In this document: positions 35,594 to 43,932 of the stretch, piece by piece
Numbering within the stretch: the first letter of the stretch is position 1
How the letters are laid out: each line of letters begins with the position of its first letter
From: Desulfosoma sp.
GTDB taxonomy: Bacteria; Desulfobacterota; Syntrophobacteria; Syntrophobacterales; DSM-9756
Direction: 5' to 3'
Length of the DNA stretch: 64,000 nt
Assembly (NCBI GenBank): GCA_037481835.1
Contig: JBBFKW010000001.1
Span: 139,503-203,502 of the forward strand
The notes under the pieces: generated by a model
What the model saw: the letters and a program-made list of their open reading frames with translations, nothing else
Told to the model about the DNA's origin: nothing
Database searches by the model: none
Program-made: the position numbers and the translations under genes

Positions 35594-37909
35594 ATGAAAA
35601 ACGTCTTCGACAATGTCCTGCAAGCCATCGGCAACACTCCCCTGGTGCGCATCAACCGCCTTAACCCCAATCCTCGAACGACCATCTACGCCAAGCTGGA
35701 ATGCAAGAACCCCGGCGGGTCCATCAAGGACCGCACGGCCCTGTTCATGATCGAGGCGGCCGAACGCAGCGGGGAGCTCACGCCGGACAAGACGATCATC
35801 GAGGCCACCAGCGGCAACACGGGCATCGGCCTCGCCGTGGTGGCCGCCGTCAAAGGGTACCGGCTCATCTTGGCCATGCCCGAAACCGCCAGCATGGAAC
35901 GCCAAAAGATCCTCAGGGCCCTCGGCGCCGAACTCCTCCTCACCCCCGGCGCCTTGGGCACGGACGGCGCCATCGAAGAAGTCTACCGGATGGTGAGGGA
36001 GCATCCGGACAAGTACTTCCTGGCGGATCAGTTCAACAATCCGGCCAATCCCGAGGCCCATTATCGAGGCACAGGCCCGGAAATCTACGAACAGACCGAA
36101 GGGCGCGTCAACGTGGTGGTGACCACCCTGGGCACAAGCGGCACGGCCATGGGCATCCTCCAAGCCATGAAGGAACGCAACCCCGCCATTGAAGTGGTGG
36201 CTGTGGAACCCTATCCGGGCCATAAGATCCAGGGCCTCAAAAATATGAAGGAATCTTACGTCCCCGGCATTTTTGACCGGCACAAGCTGGATCGCATCGT
36301 GCACGTCAAGGACGAAGACGCCTTCGAAATGGCCCGCCGGCTGGCTCGAGAAGAAGGGCTCTTTGTGGGCATGAGTTCCGGGGCGTGCATGGCGGCGGCC
36401 GTGGAAATCGCCAAGGAACGCCAAGACGGCCTGATCGTGGCCGTCCTTCCCGACGGCGGGGACCGCTACCTCAGCACCAACCTTTTCACCACCATGCTGG
36501 AGCCGGATTTTCGATTCTTCGACTTTCTGAGACGGGACAAAGTGGACTTCAAACCCGTCATGGAAGGGAAAATCCGCATTGCCGTCACCGGCCCTCCCTT
36601 GGACTCCTGCCTGTCGTTGGAAACCGCCCGGCGCCTTCTCCTCGCTGACATCCTCACCCGGTTCGTTCGATCCAAAGGGTTCCGCGTGGAAACGGCCGTC
36701 CTTCTTCCCGACCTGGACAGCCGATCCATCCAATGCGCCGCCGAAAGAGGCGCCCCTCTGGAACACTACGTGCACGAACGCTCGGCCGTCTTCGCCACGC
36801 AACTGGAAAAACTGGGCATGGCCGCCCAGCTTGTCATGACCAAAACGTCCGAACATACCGAAGCCGTCGTCTCCCTCGTCCGTTCGCTCCTCAAAAAAGG
36901 CGCCGCCTACGAAAAGCTCCGGTCGGTGTACTTCAGCGTGGCCCAGGCGGAGGATTACGGCCGTCTTTCCCGCATCGACCCCAAGAAAATCCGGCCCGGT
37001 TCTTCGGTGGACCTGAGCGCTTATGAAAAATTGAACCCGCGCGACTTTGCGCTGCTCAAACGAGCCACCCTGGCTGAACTCAAGCGCGGCGACTACGTCA
37101 AAACGGAATGGGGCAACGTGGTGCCCACCTGGCATATCGCGGCGGCGGCCATGGTCATGGACCGGTTCGGATTCCCTCTGGATCTGTGCGTCAGCGGCGT
37201 GGATTTTCTCTTCCCCCACCTGGAAAACGTCCACGCCATCGCGTGGGCCCTTGCGGGAAAGCCCTACGCGAACATCTGGCTTCTCACTGAAAGGATTCAA
37301 CAAGCGGACGACGGGGAGAGTCCCGAAACGGCGAAGGGGCTGACCCTGGAAGATCTCTACACCCAGGGCATGACGCCGGCAGAAATCCGGTTTTGGCTCA
37401 TCGCCTCGCACTACCGCAAACCCATGAGGGTTTCCGCCCAAAGCCTGCGCAGTGCCGCCCAAGGGCTCAAGAGGATCCGAGAATTCATCAGCCGGGTGCA
37501 TCATAGCCCCACCGAGGAACACATCGCCGACGGCGTGGAAGAAGAGGTTTTCTCCCTGGAACGGGGCTTCTTCGACGCCTTGGCCGATGATCTCAACACC
37601 CCCAAGGCCCTGGCGGCGCTTTTCGACTTCGTCCGAAAGATGAATCTTCGCATGGAACGCGGCCCCCTCACCCCCAGGGCCAAAGACGCGGTGCTCAAAG
37701 CCTTACAAAGCGTGGATCGGATTTTGGGCCTTTTCGAACGGGATCTTCGGGCTTTATCGCCCGACGAAAAGGCGCTCATCGACCAGCGGGAAGCGGCTCG
37801 AGCCGCCAAGGACTGGGCCCGAGCCGACGCCTTGCGAGACGAACTGAGGCGCCTGGGGATCGTCGTTCGAGACACCCCTCACGGCCCCCTATGGGAACGG
37901 GTTTCGTGA
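35594..37909 (+). CDS. Cysteine synthase (CysM-type, PLP) fused to a degenerate cysteinyl-tRNA synthetase-like region
   Basis: N-terminal IGNTPLV, NPGGSIKDR, EATSGNTG, GTSGT, PDGGDRYLS; C-terminal CysRS fold with DDLNTP and KDWARADALRD...GI..RD, but no HIGH or KMSKS. Confidence 0.93.
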   Translation: MKNVFDNVLQAIGNTPLVRINRLNPNPRTTIYAKLECKNPGGSIKDRTALFMIEAAERSGELTPDKTIIEATSGNTGIGLAVVAAVKGYRLILAMPETASMERQKILRALGAELLLTPGALGTDGAIEEVYRMVREHPDKYFLADQFNNPANPEAHYRGTGPEIYEQTEGRVNVVVTTLGTSGTAMGILQAMKERNPAIEVVAVEPYPGHKIQGLKNMKESYVPGIFDRHKLDRIVHVKDEDAFEMARRLAREEGLFVGMSSGACMAAAVEIAKERQDGLIVAVLPDGGDRYLSTNLFTTMLEPDFRFFDFLRRDKVDFKPVMEGKIRIAVTGPPLDSCLSLETARRLLLADILTRFVRSKGFRVETAVLLPDLDSRSIQCAAERGAPLEHYVHERSAVFATQLEKLGMAAQLVMTKTSEHTEAVVSLVRSLLKKGAAYEKLRSVYFSVAQAEDYGRLSRIDPKKIRPGSSVDLSAYEKLNPRDFALLKRATLAELKRGDYVKTEWGNVVPTWHIAAAAMVMDRFGFPLDLCVSGVDFLFPHLENVHAIAWALAGKPYANIWLLTERIQQADDGESPETAKGLTLEDLYTQGMTPAEIRFWLIASHYRKPMRVSAQSLRSAAQGLKRIREFISRVHHSPTEEHIADGVEEEVFSLERGFFDALADDLNTPKALAALFDFVRKMNLRMERGPLTPRAKDAVLKALQSVDRILGLFERDLRALSPDEKALIDQREAARAAKDWARADALRDELRRLGIVVRDTPHGPLWERVS

Positions 37910-37992
37910 TCGCCGCTTCGGGAGCATGAAACATGCCGACTTTCCTCTAAAGGCAGTTTCACGGCTTCGGCGACGAAGGCCGCACATGCTCG

Positions 37993-39063
37993 TCATGGGG
38001 GCGATGGGACCGTGCCGTTGACACCCAGGATACTTCGCACCAGGCCCTCTTCGCCGGGTGCCAAAGGATAGGCGGCTTCTTCGCCGGCCGTGTTTCGAAA
38101 CACCACGCGATCCCGGTCCAAGCGAACCACAGCCGAAGCCGTCAACGGCACCTTGCCCAGTCCACCGGGAAGATCCACCACAACCTGAGGGATGGCCAGA
38201 CCGGAGATGCGGTTCCGCAAGGCGGCCACGAGGGAAGGCCCGGCCGTTATGGGGGTTCGAAAATGGGCCGTGCCGTGCATGAGGTCCATCTGGAGCAGGT
38301 AATAGGGGCGGATCCTGAGAGTGAGGAGTTCCATGAAGAGTTCAGCGAGCACCGTTGCGTCGTCGTTGACGGCCTTGAGGAGCACCGTTTGGCTTCCCAG
38401 GGGAATGCCGGCGTCGGCAAGGTTTCGGGCTGCCTCGCGGCTCTCGGGAGAAATTTCCTGAGGATGGTTGACGTGGATGTTCATGTAAAGGGGGTGGAAG
38501 GCTGCAAGGCGCCGTGCCAGATCGCGGCTTACCCGCGCCGGATCGGCAAAGGGCACTCGGGTGCCGATACGGATGAGGCGCACATGAGGGATTTCCCGCA
38601 CCTTGGCGCACACGCTCTCCAAAAAATCGAGAGAAAGCATCAAGGGGTCGCCCCCGGACAGGATGACGTCTCGAACCGCCGGGGTCTTGCGGATGTAGTC
38701 CAGAGCTTCGCGAACGAGCTCGTCCGTCAAGGGCACCGGGCGGGTCCAGCGTCGTTTGCGGGTGCAGAAACGGCAATGGACGGCACAGGCGTCCGTAAGG
38801 ATCCACAAGACGCGGTCGGGGTAGCGGTGGACCAGGTTGGGCACGGGGGATCGGCTTTCTTCCCCCAAGGGATCCCTCAGGCCCACGCGATCGTCGGCAT
38901 CCAGTTCCCTGGGATCGGGAACCACCTGGCGCCACAGGGGATCGCCCGGAGAGGCGATGAGGTCGGCAAAATGCCGGCTCAGCACAAAAGGGTACACTCC
39001 ATGGACCGCCTCCATGGGCTCGAAGGGCACTCGCCACCGAGCTGCAAACCGTTCCAAAGACAT
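37993..39063 (-). CDS. KamA-family radical SAM aminomutase
   Basis: DPLGE, HRYPDRVL, CAVHCRFCTRKR, SGGDPL, RIGTR, QTVLLK.VND, DLPGGLGK. Confidence 0.92.
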   Translation of the reverse strand: MSLERFAARWRVPFEPMEAVHGVYPFVLSRHFADLIASPGDPLWRQVVPDPRELDADDRVGLRDPLGEESRSPVPNLVHRYPDRVLWILTDACAVHCRFCTRKRRWTRPVPLTDELVREALDYIRKTPAVRDVILSGGDPLMLSLDFLESVCAKVREIPHVRLIRIGTRVPFADPARVSRDLARRLAAFHPLYMNIHVNHPQEISPESREAARNLADAGIPLGSQTVLLKAVNDDATVLAELFMELLTLRIRPYYLLQMDLMHGTAHFRTPITAGPSLVAALRNRISGLAIPQVVVDLPGGLGKVPLTASAVVRLDRDRVVFRNTAGEEAAYPLAPGEEGLVRSILGVNGTVPSPP

Positions 39064-39237
39064 CACGGCCTGTTCCTTCTCCCCTGGGTCGTTTCAAATA
39101 GGCCTTGGAAAGGTCGAGCCCCTCGCCTTTTAAGGCTCGACTTTCATCCATCTTCGTCACAACCCGGCGTGTGTCGTGATAAGGATCCGGGGGAGCGCAA
39201 CGACCCCCAACACCACTGATCCTTCCGAGGAGCCGCA

Positions 39238-40485
39238 GTGCTTCCGTCCTGGTTTCGCGTTTACGGTCGGCGCCATGTCTTGGGCCTCCTGGGCTTGGGC
39301 TTTTCCTCCGGCCTTCCCCTGGCGCTCACGGGAAGCACCCTCCAAGCCTGGATGAGCTCCGAAAAGGTGGATATCCGCCTCATCGGACTTTTTTCCCTCG
39401 TGGGACTTCCCTACACGCTCAAAGTGGCCTGGGCTCCCCTCATGGATCGCTTCCCAGCCCCCTGGCTGGGCAGGCGTCGGGGCTGGATCCTTACCACCCA
39501 GATCCTCCTGAGTGCAAGCTTCGTGATTCTGGGATCCCTCACACCTTCAGGCCACCTGCAGTTCATGGCCGTACTGGCTTTGCTCACCGCCTTCTTGAGT
39601 GCCAGCCAGGACATCGTCATCGACGCCTACCGTGCGGAAGTGCTTCCGGACGCAGATAAGGGAGCAGGTGCGGCCGTGAGCGTTGTCGGTTATCGCTTGG
39701 CCATGCTCACATCAGGGGCTATGGCCCTTATTCTCTCCGACCATGTGCCGTGGCGAGCCGTCTACACGGCCATGGGACTGATCATGGCGGCATGCGCCCT
39801 ATGGACGTTTGCTTGCCCCGAACCGACGGGCTTGGAGCCATCCCCGCCCCGCCCCAGGACCCTCCAGGAAGCCGTGTGGGCACCGTTTGTCGATTACTTT
39901 GCCCGGCCCGGAGCCGTGGCCATGCTGGCTTTCATCATGGTGTTCAAACTTAGTGATGCTTTGGCGGGAGCTCTGACCACGCCTTTCTTGCTGGATTTGG
40001 GGTTTACGCGAACGGATGTGGGCACGGTGAACAAAGCTTTCGGGCTGGGGAGCACCATTGCGGGCACTTTGGCAGGGGGCGCGATCGTCAATCGTCTTGG
40101 GATCGCCCGATCCCTGTGGGTTTCGGCCTTCCTCCAGGCTTTTTCCAACCTGGCCTTTGCGGGACTGGCCACGGCGGGCTGTCATTACCCTTTCATGGTC
40201 GGCGCGGTGGCCGTGGAAAATCTCTGCGGCGGCGTGGGGACGGCGGCCTTTCTGGCCTTTCTCATGAGCCTGTGCAACCGCCGCTACACCGCCACCCAAT
40301 ACGCGCTCCTTTCCAGCTTCATGGCCGTCTCGCGGGTTGTTGTCGGAGCTCCCACGGGATATTTGGCAGCGGCACTGGGTTGGCCGTGGTTCTACGTTGT
40401 AAGCGTTTTCGGGGCCGTTCCCGGCATCCTGCTTCTGCCCCGCTTCGCCCCTTGGCACCACACCACAGCCGGTCACAATGGGTAG
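39238..40485 (+). CDS. ampG: AmpG-family MFS muropeptide permease
   Basis: GFSSGLPL, LKVAWAP, GRRRGW, SASQDIVIDAYR, ATQYALLSS. Confidence 0.93.
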   Translation: MLPSWFRVYGRRHVLGLLGLGFSSGLPLALTGSTLQAWMSSEKVDIRLIGLFSLVGLPYTLKVAWAPLMDRFPAPWLGRRRGWILTTQILLSASFVILGSLTPSGHLQFMAVLALLTAFLSASQDIVIDAYRAEVLPDADKGAGAAVSVVGYRLAMLTSGAMALILSDHVPWRAVYTAMGLIMAACALWTFACPEPTGLEPSPPRPRTLQEAVWAPFVDYFARPGAVAMLAFIMVFKLSDALAGALTTPFLLDLGFTRTDVGTVNKAFGLGSTIAGTLAGGAIVNRLGIARSLWVSAFLQAFSNLAFAGLATAGCHYPFMVGAVAVENLCGGVGTAAFLAFLMSLCNRRYTATQYALLSSFMAVSRVVVGAPTGYLAAALGWPWFYVVSVFGAVPGILLLPRFAPWHHTTAGHNG

Positions 40486-40582
40486 GCACTGATCGGCCCC
40501 TGCGGGTTACACGTTGGAATGCGGAGGCCATGCTCCGGGTTTCGAACGGCAGGAAAATGGCAGGAACAAACCGATGCGTCGA

Positions 40583-41458
40583 TCACGGGAGAAGGCTTCG
40601 AAACTCGTCCAGGCTTCGGACCCGCAGCGCTTGCCTGTGCAGTTCCTTGAGGTGCCGCCGGGATTCCACCCCCATGATCCGCTCTTCCACATCCCTCGGA
40701 ACCAACGTGAACCGCTCCGACAAGGCCTCCAGGACCATCTCGCGGGCTTCCGCCAGCATGCCCTCTTGGAGACCATGCCGCAGCCCCTCGTCGTAGCCTT
40801 CTTTCTTGATGAGTTCGTAACCCGCAGACTCCATCATGATATCCCTCCTTCGGCTCAAAAGCCGCCGGGGCAGCTCCTTGGAAACCAGACCCGACAAAAG
40901 CGCCATGCCGGTGAGCAAATCAGCCTTCTCCCCGCGCTCCAGCCTCGCCTCGCTCAACACTCGCTCCGCCTCGTCAAAAACCTCCACCCCTCCCTTCATC
41001 AGCCCCACAAACGGCAAAAGGCACGGATCGCCCAAACCCATGACCTCCCGAGCGTCCAAAGCCCCCACCGAAATCACCCGAAACGCATACCGCAGCCCGC
41101 CGTCCTCAAAAACTTCCTCCACAGCCCCACTCGGCGTCAGCAACAACACGGCCGGAAGCACCGAAAGGCCCGTCTTCATCCGATACCGAGCATCATATTC
41201 CAAAAGCCGAAGCGCCACATCCGGCACCCACCGGCTCTGCACCTCCAAAAGCACCACAAAAGTGCGCCCGTCCGCCGTGCGCACCCGCACCGGAAAATCA
41301 CTCCGCCTCAACGAGGCCGTCTCCTGGGGCAACTCCAAAATCTCCGACTCCTCCACCCGAAGCCCCAGAAAATACTCCAGCGCCGCCTTCCGGCACCGGC
41401 TCAAAATCACCTTCACCGCCGCATCGTAACTTCCCATGAGGCCTTGCTCAATGCTCAT
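40583..41458 (-). CDS. Rpn/YhgA-like PD-(D/E)XK nuclease (putative transposase family), copy 3
   Basis: YD...K, RRSDF...LLEVQS, RLLEY, C-terminal EGYDEGLRHGLQEG; start 41458 (ATGA-coupled) or 41437. Confidence 0.8.
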   Translation of the reverse strand: MSIEQGLMGSYDAAVKVILSRCRKAALEYFLGLRVEESEILELPQETASLRRSDFPVRVRTADGRTFVVLLEVQSRWVPDVALRLLEYDARYRMKTGLSVLPAVLLLTPSGAVEEVFEDGGLRYAFRVISVGALDAREVMGLGDPCLLPFVGLMKGGVEVFDEAERVLSEARLERGEKADLLTGMALLSGLVSKELPRRLLSRRRDIMMESAGYELIKKEGYDEGLRHGLQEGMLAEAREMVLEALSERFTLVPRDVEERIMGVESRRHLKELHRQALRVRSLDEFRSLLP

Positions 41459-42318
41459 CCCAATAAGTCTCGAAATTCCTCCAGGCTTCGAACCCGCAGC
41501 GCTTGCCTGTGCAGTTCCTTGAGGTGCCGGCGGGATTCCACTTCCATGATCCGCTCTTCCACATCCCGCGGAACCAACGTGAACCGCTCCGACAAGGCCT
41601 CCAGCACCATCTCGCGGGCTTCCGCCAACATGCCATGCCGCAGCCCCTCGTCGTAGCCTTCTTTCTTGATGAGTTCGTAACCCGCAGACTCCATCATGAT
41701 ATCCCTCCTTCGGCTCAAAAGCCGCCGGGGCAGCTCCTTGGAAACCAGACCCGACAAAAGCGCCATGCCGGTGAGCAAATCAGCCTTCTCCCCGCGCTCC
41801 AGCCTCGCCTCGCTCAACACTCGCTCCGCCTCGTCAAAAACCTCCACCCCTCCCTTCATCAGCCCCACAAACGGCAAAAGGCACGGATCGCCCAAACCCA
41901 TGACCTCCCGAGCGTCCAAAGCCCCCACCGAAATCACCCGAAACGCATACCGCAGCCCGCCGTCCTCAAAAACTTCCTCCACAGCCCCACTCGGCGTCAG
42001 CAACAACACGGCCGGAAGCACCGAAAGGCCCGTCTTCATCCGATACCGAGCATCATATTCCAAAAGCCGAAGCGCCACATCCGGCACCCACCGGCTCTGC
42101 ACCTCCAAAAGCACCACAAAAGTGCGCCCGTCCGCCGTGCGCACCCGCACCGGAAAATCACTCCGCCTCAACGAGGCCGTCTCCTGGGGCAACTCCAAAA
42201 TCTCCGACTCCTCCACCCGAAGCCCCAGAAAATACTCCAGCGCCGCCTTCCGGCACCGGCTCAAAATCACCTTCACCGCCGCATCGTAGCTTCCCATGAG
42301 CCCTTGCTCGATTCTCAT
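41455..42318 (-). CDS. Rpn/YhgA-like PD-(D/E)XK nuclease, copy 2
   Basis: Same motifs; start 42318 (ATGA-coupled) or 42297. Confidence 0.8.
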   Translation of the reverse strand: MRIEQGLMGSYDAAVKVILSRCRKAALEYFLGLRVEESEILELPQETASLRRSDFPVRVRTADGRTFVVLLEVQSRWVPDVALRLLEYDARYRMKTGLSVLPAVLLLTPSGAVEEVFEDGGLRYAFRVISVGALDAREVMGLGDPCLLPFVGLMKGGVEVFDEAERVLSEARLERGEKADLLTGMALLSGLVSKELPRRLLSRRRDIMMESAGYELIKKEGYDEGLRHGMLAEAREMVLEALSERFTLVPRDVEERIMEVESRRHLKELHRQALRVRSLEEFRDLLG

Positions 42319-43157
42319 CCCAATAAGTCTCGAAATTCCTCCAGGCTTCGGACCCGCAGAGCATGCCTGAGAAGTTCCTTAAGGTGCCGGCGGGATTCCA
42401 CTTCCATGATCCGCTCTTCCACATCCCGCGGAACCAACGTGAACCGCTCCGACAAGGCCTCCAGCACCATCTCGCGGGCTTCCGCCAACATGCCATGCCG
42501 CAGCCCCTCGTCGTAGCCTTCTTTCTTGATGAGTTCGTAACCCGCAGACTCCATCATGATATCCCTCCTTCGGCTCAAAAGCCGCCGGGGCAGCTCCTTG
42601 GAAACCAGACCCGACAAAAGCGCCATGCCGGTGAGCAAATCAGCCTTCTCCCCGCGCTCCAGCCTCGCCTCGCTCAACACTCGCTCCGCCTCGTCAAAAA
42701 CCTCCACCCCTCCCTTCATCAGCCCCACAAACGGCAAAAGGCACGGATCGCCCAAACCCATGACCTCCCGAGCGTCCAAAGCCCCCACCGAAATCACCCG
42801 AAACGCATACCGCAGCCCGCCGTCCTCAAAAACTTCCTCCACAGCCCCACTCGGCGTCAGCAACAACACGGCCGGAAGCACCGAAAGGCCCGTCTTCATC
42901 CGATACCGAGCATCATATTCCAAAAGCCGAAGCGCCACATCCGGCACCCACCGGCTCTGCACCTCCAAAAGCACCACAAAAGTGCGCCCGTCCGCCGTGC
43001 GCACCCGCACCGGAAAATCACTCCGCCTCAACGAGGCCGTCTCCTGGGGCAACTCCAAAATCTCCGACTCCTCCACCCGAAGCCCCAGAAAATACTCCAG
43101 CGCCGCCTTCCGGCACCGGCTCAAAATCACCTTCACCGCCGCATCGTAGCTTGCCAT
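42315..43157 (-). CDS. Rpn/YhgA-like PD-(D/E)XK nuclease, copy 1
   Basis: Same motifs; GGAGA RBS before ATG 43157 (MASYDAAVK). Confidence 0.8.
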   Translation of the reverse strand: MASYDAAVKVILSRCRKAALEYFLGLRVEESEILELPQETASLRRSDFPVRVRTADGRTFVVLLEVQSRWVPDVALRLLEYDARYRMKTGLSVLPAVLLLTPSGAVEEVFEDGGLRYAFRVISVGALDAREVMGLGDPCLLPFVGLMKGGVEVFDEAERVLSEARLERGEKADLLTGMALLSGLVSKELPRRLLSRRRDIMMESAGYELIKKEGYDEGLRHGMLAEAREMVLEALSERFTLVPRDVEERIMEVESRRHLKELLRHALRVRSLEEFRDLLG

Positions 43158-43330
43158 GATATTCTCCGAAGTCCGCTCAATTTTATTTCTGTGTATCATA
43201 CCGACAGCGGGGAACAAATACGAAGAACGGCTGCGAGGATGTGTCAAGACTCTTGCCGCTTTAGGACCAGCTCCCGGCCGGGAAGCTGGAATCCCAAGGA
43301 GCCGGAGGGAGGCCCGCTTGGGCGAGTTCA

Positions 43331-43361
43331 GTTGGGGTTCGCTTCGCTCACCCCAACCTAC
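43331..43361 (-). repeat. GTAG-type REP element
   Basis: Exact reverse complement of 21263-21293 (31/31). Confidence 0.9.
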
Positions 43362-43418
43362 GAATTTACTGCAGGATTCCCAAAAGCGAGATGGTGGTTC
43401 AAGCCGGCTTGCGACCGT

Positions 43419-43862
43419 TTATAGGCTGAGGAGGGTGAGGCCGCTGGCGGGGTCTTTTTTCCGGGCGGCCGTGCTTCCCAGGATCTCCAGGAGGATCACT
43501 TCCCCCACCAGCCATACCGTGACGCCAGCCCGGGTGCAGCCCACGGAAGCGCCCCCTTCACGACCCAAAGCGCCGTGCATGTGGAGCACGGGATTTCCCT
43601 GCTCGTCGGGAAACACGGTGCCCACAGCCAGAATCTCTTGAATTCCCGTAAGGGTGTGGACCAACGGGATGATCTCCGTGCCGCGTCCCGCTTCAGGGCC
43701 GACGACAATGCGGCTGCCGTCGTCAACCCCACCTAAAAGGATGGCCATGGCCCGCGACACCCCCTTTTCCCGGGCAAAGTTTTCGATCACGTCCGGAATG
43801 CGCTCCCCTTCTTCCAGCCGCAACACAAACACGCGACCGATCCGCCCTTCATCGTAACGCAT
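43419..43862 (-). CDS. PPC/DUF296 domain protein
   Basis: RVFVLRLEEGE, EILAVGTV, LHMHGALGR, GEVILLE. Confidence 0.85.
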   Translation of the reverse strand: MRYDEGRIGRVFVLRLEEGERIPDVIENFAREKGVSRAMAILLGGVDDGSRIVVGPEAGRGTEIIPLVHTLTGIQEILAVGTVFPDEQGNPVLHMHGALGREGGASVGCTRAGVTVWLVGEVILLEILGSTAARKKDPASGLTLLSL

Positions 43863-43932
43863 CCTCACCTCCCTGTCGCTTTCCGCCCAGCTCAGTTTAA
43901 GAATTTTCCTCGTGGAACCCTATTCCGCGCCG

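Larger units (their letters stand above)
40583..43157. repeat. Direct tandem triplication, 860-bp period
   Basis: About 650-bp core appears identical at 40775-41428, 41635-42288 and 42495-43148; differences lie only at the junctions and gene 3' ends. Confidence 0.97.

Noticed and set aside
9917..37522. Long antisense ORFs (e.g. 9917-12172, 23265-25790, 32394-34112, 35366-37522)
   Set aside because: These are shadow frames opposite well-supported genes in GC-rich DNA and have no recognisable motifs.
37993..39063. Calling the KamA-family gene epmB or kamA
   Set aside because: No efp/epmA or lysine-fermentation genes are adjacent, and the substrate cannot be assigned from motifs.
42351..42381. 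Diversity-generating retroelement behind the Rpn tail variation (5 of 6 differences are A in copy 1 on the plus strand)
   Set aside because: Those adenines are on the non-coding strand, copy 3 differs by an indel and non-A changes, and no reverse transcriptase or template repeat is in the window.
40583..43361. Rpn triplet as an IS element or transposon
   Set aside because: No terminal inverted repeats, target duplications or DDE/HUH motifs were seen; the family name 'putative transposase' is not evidence of mobility.
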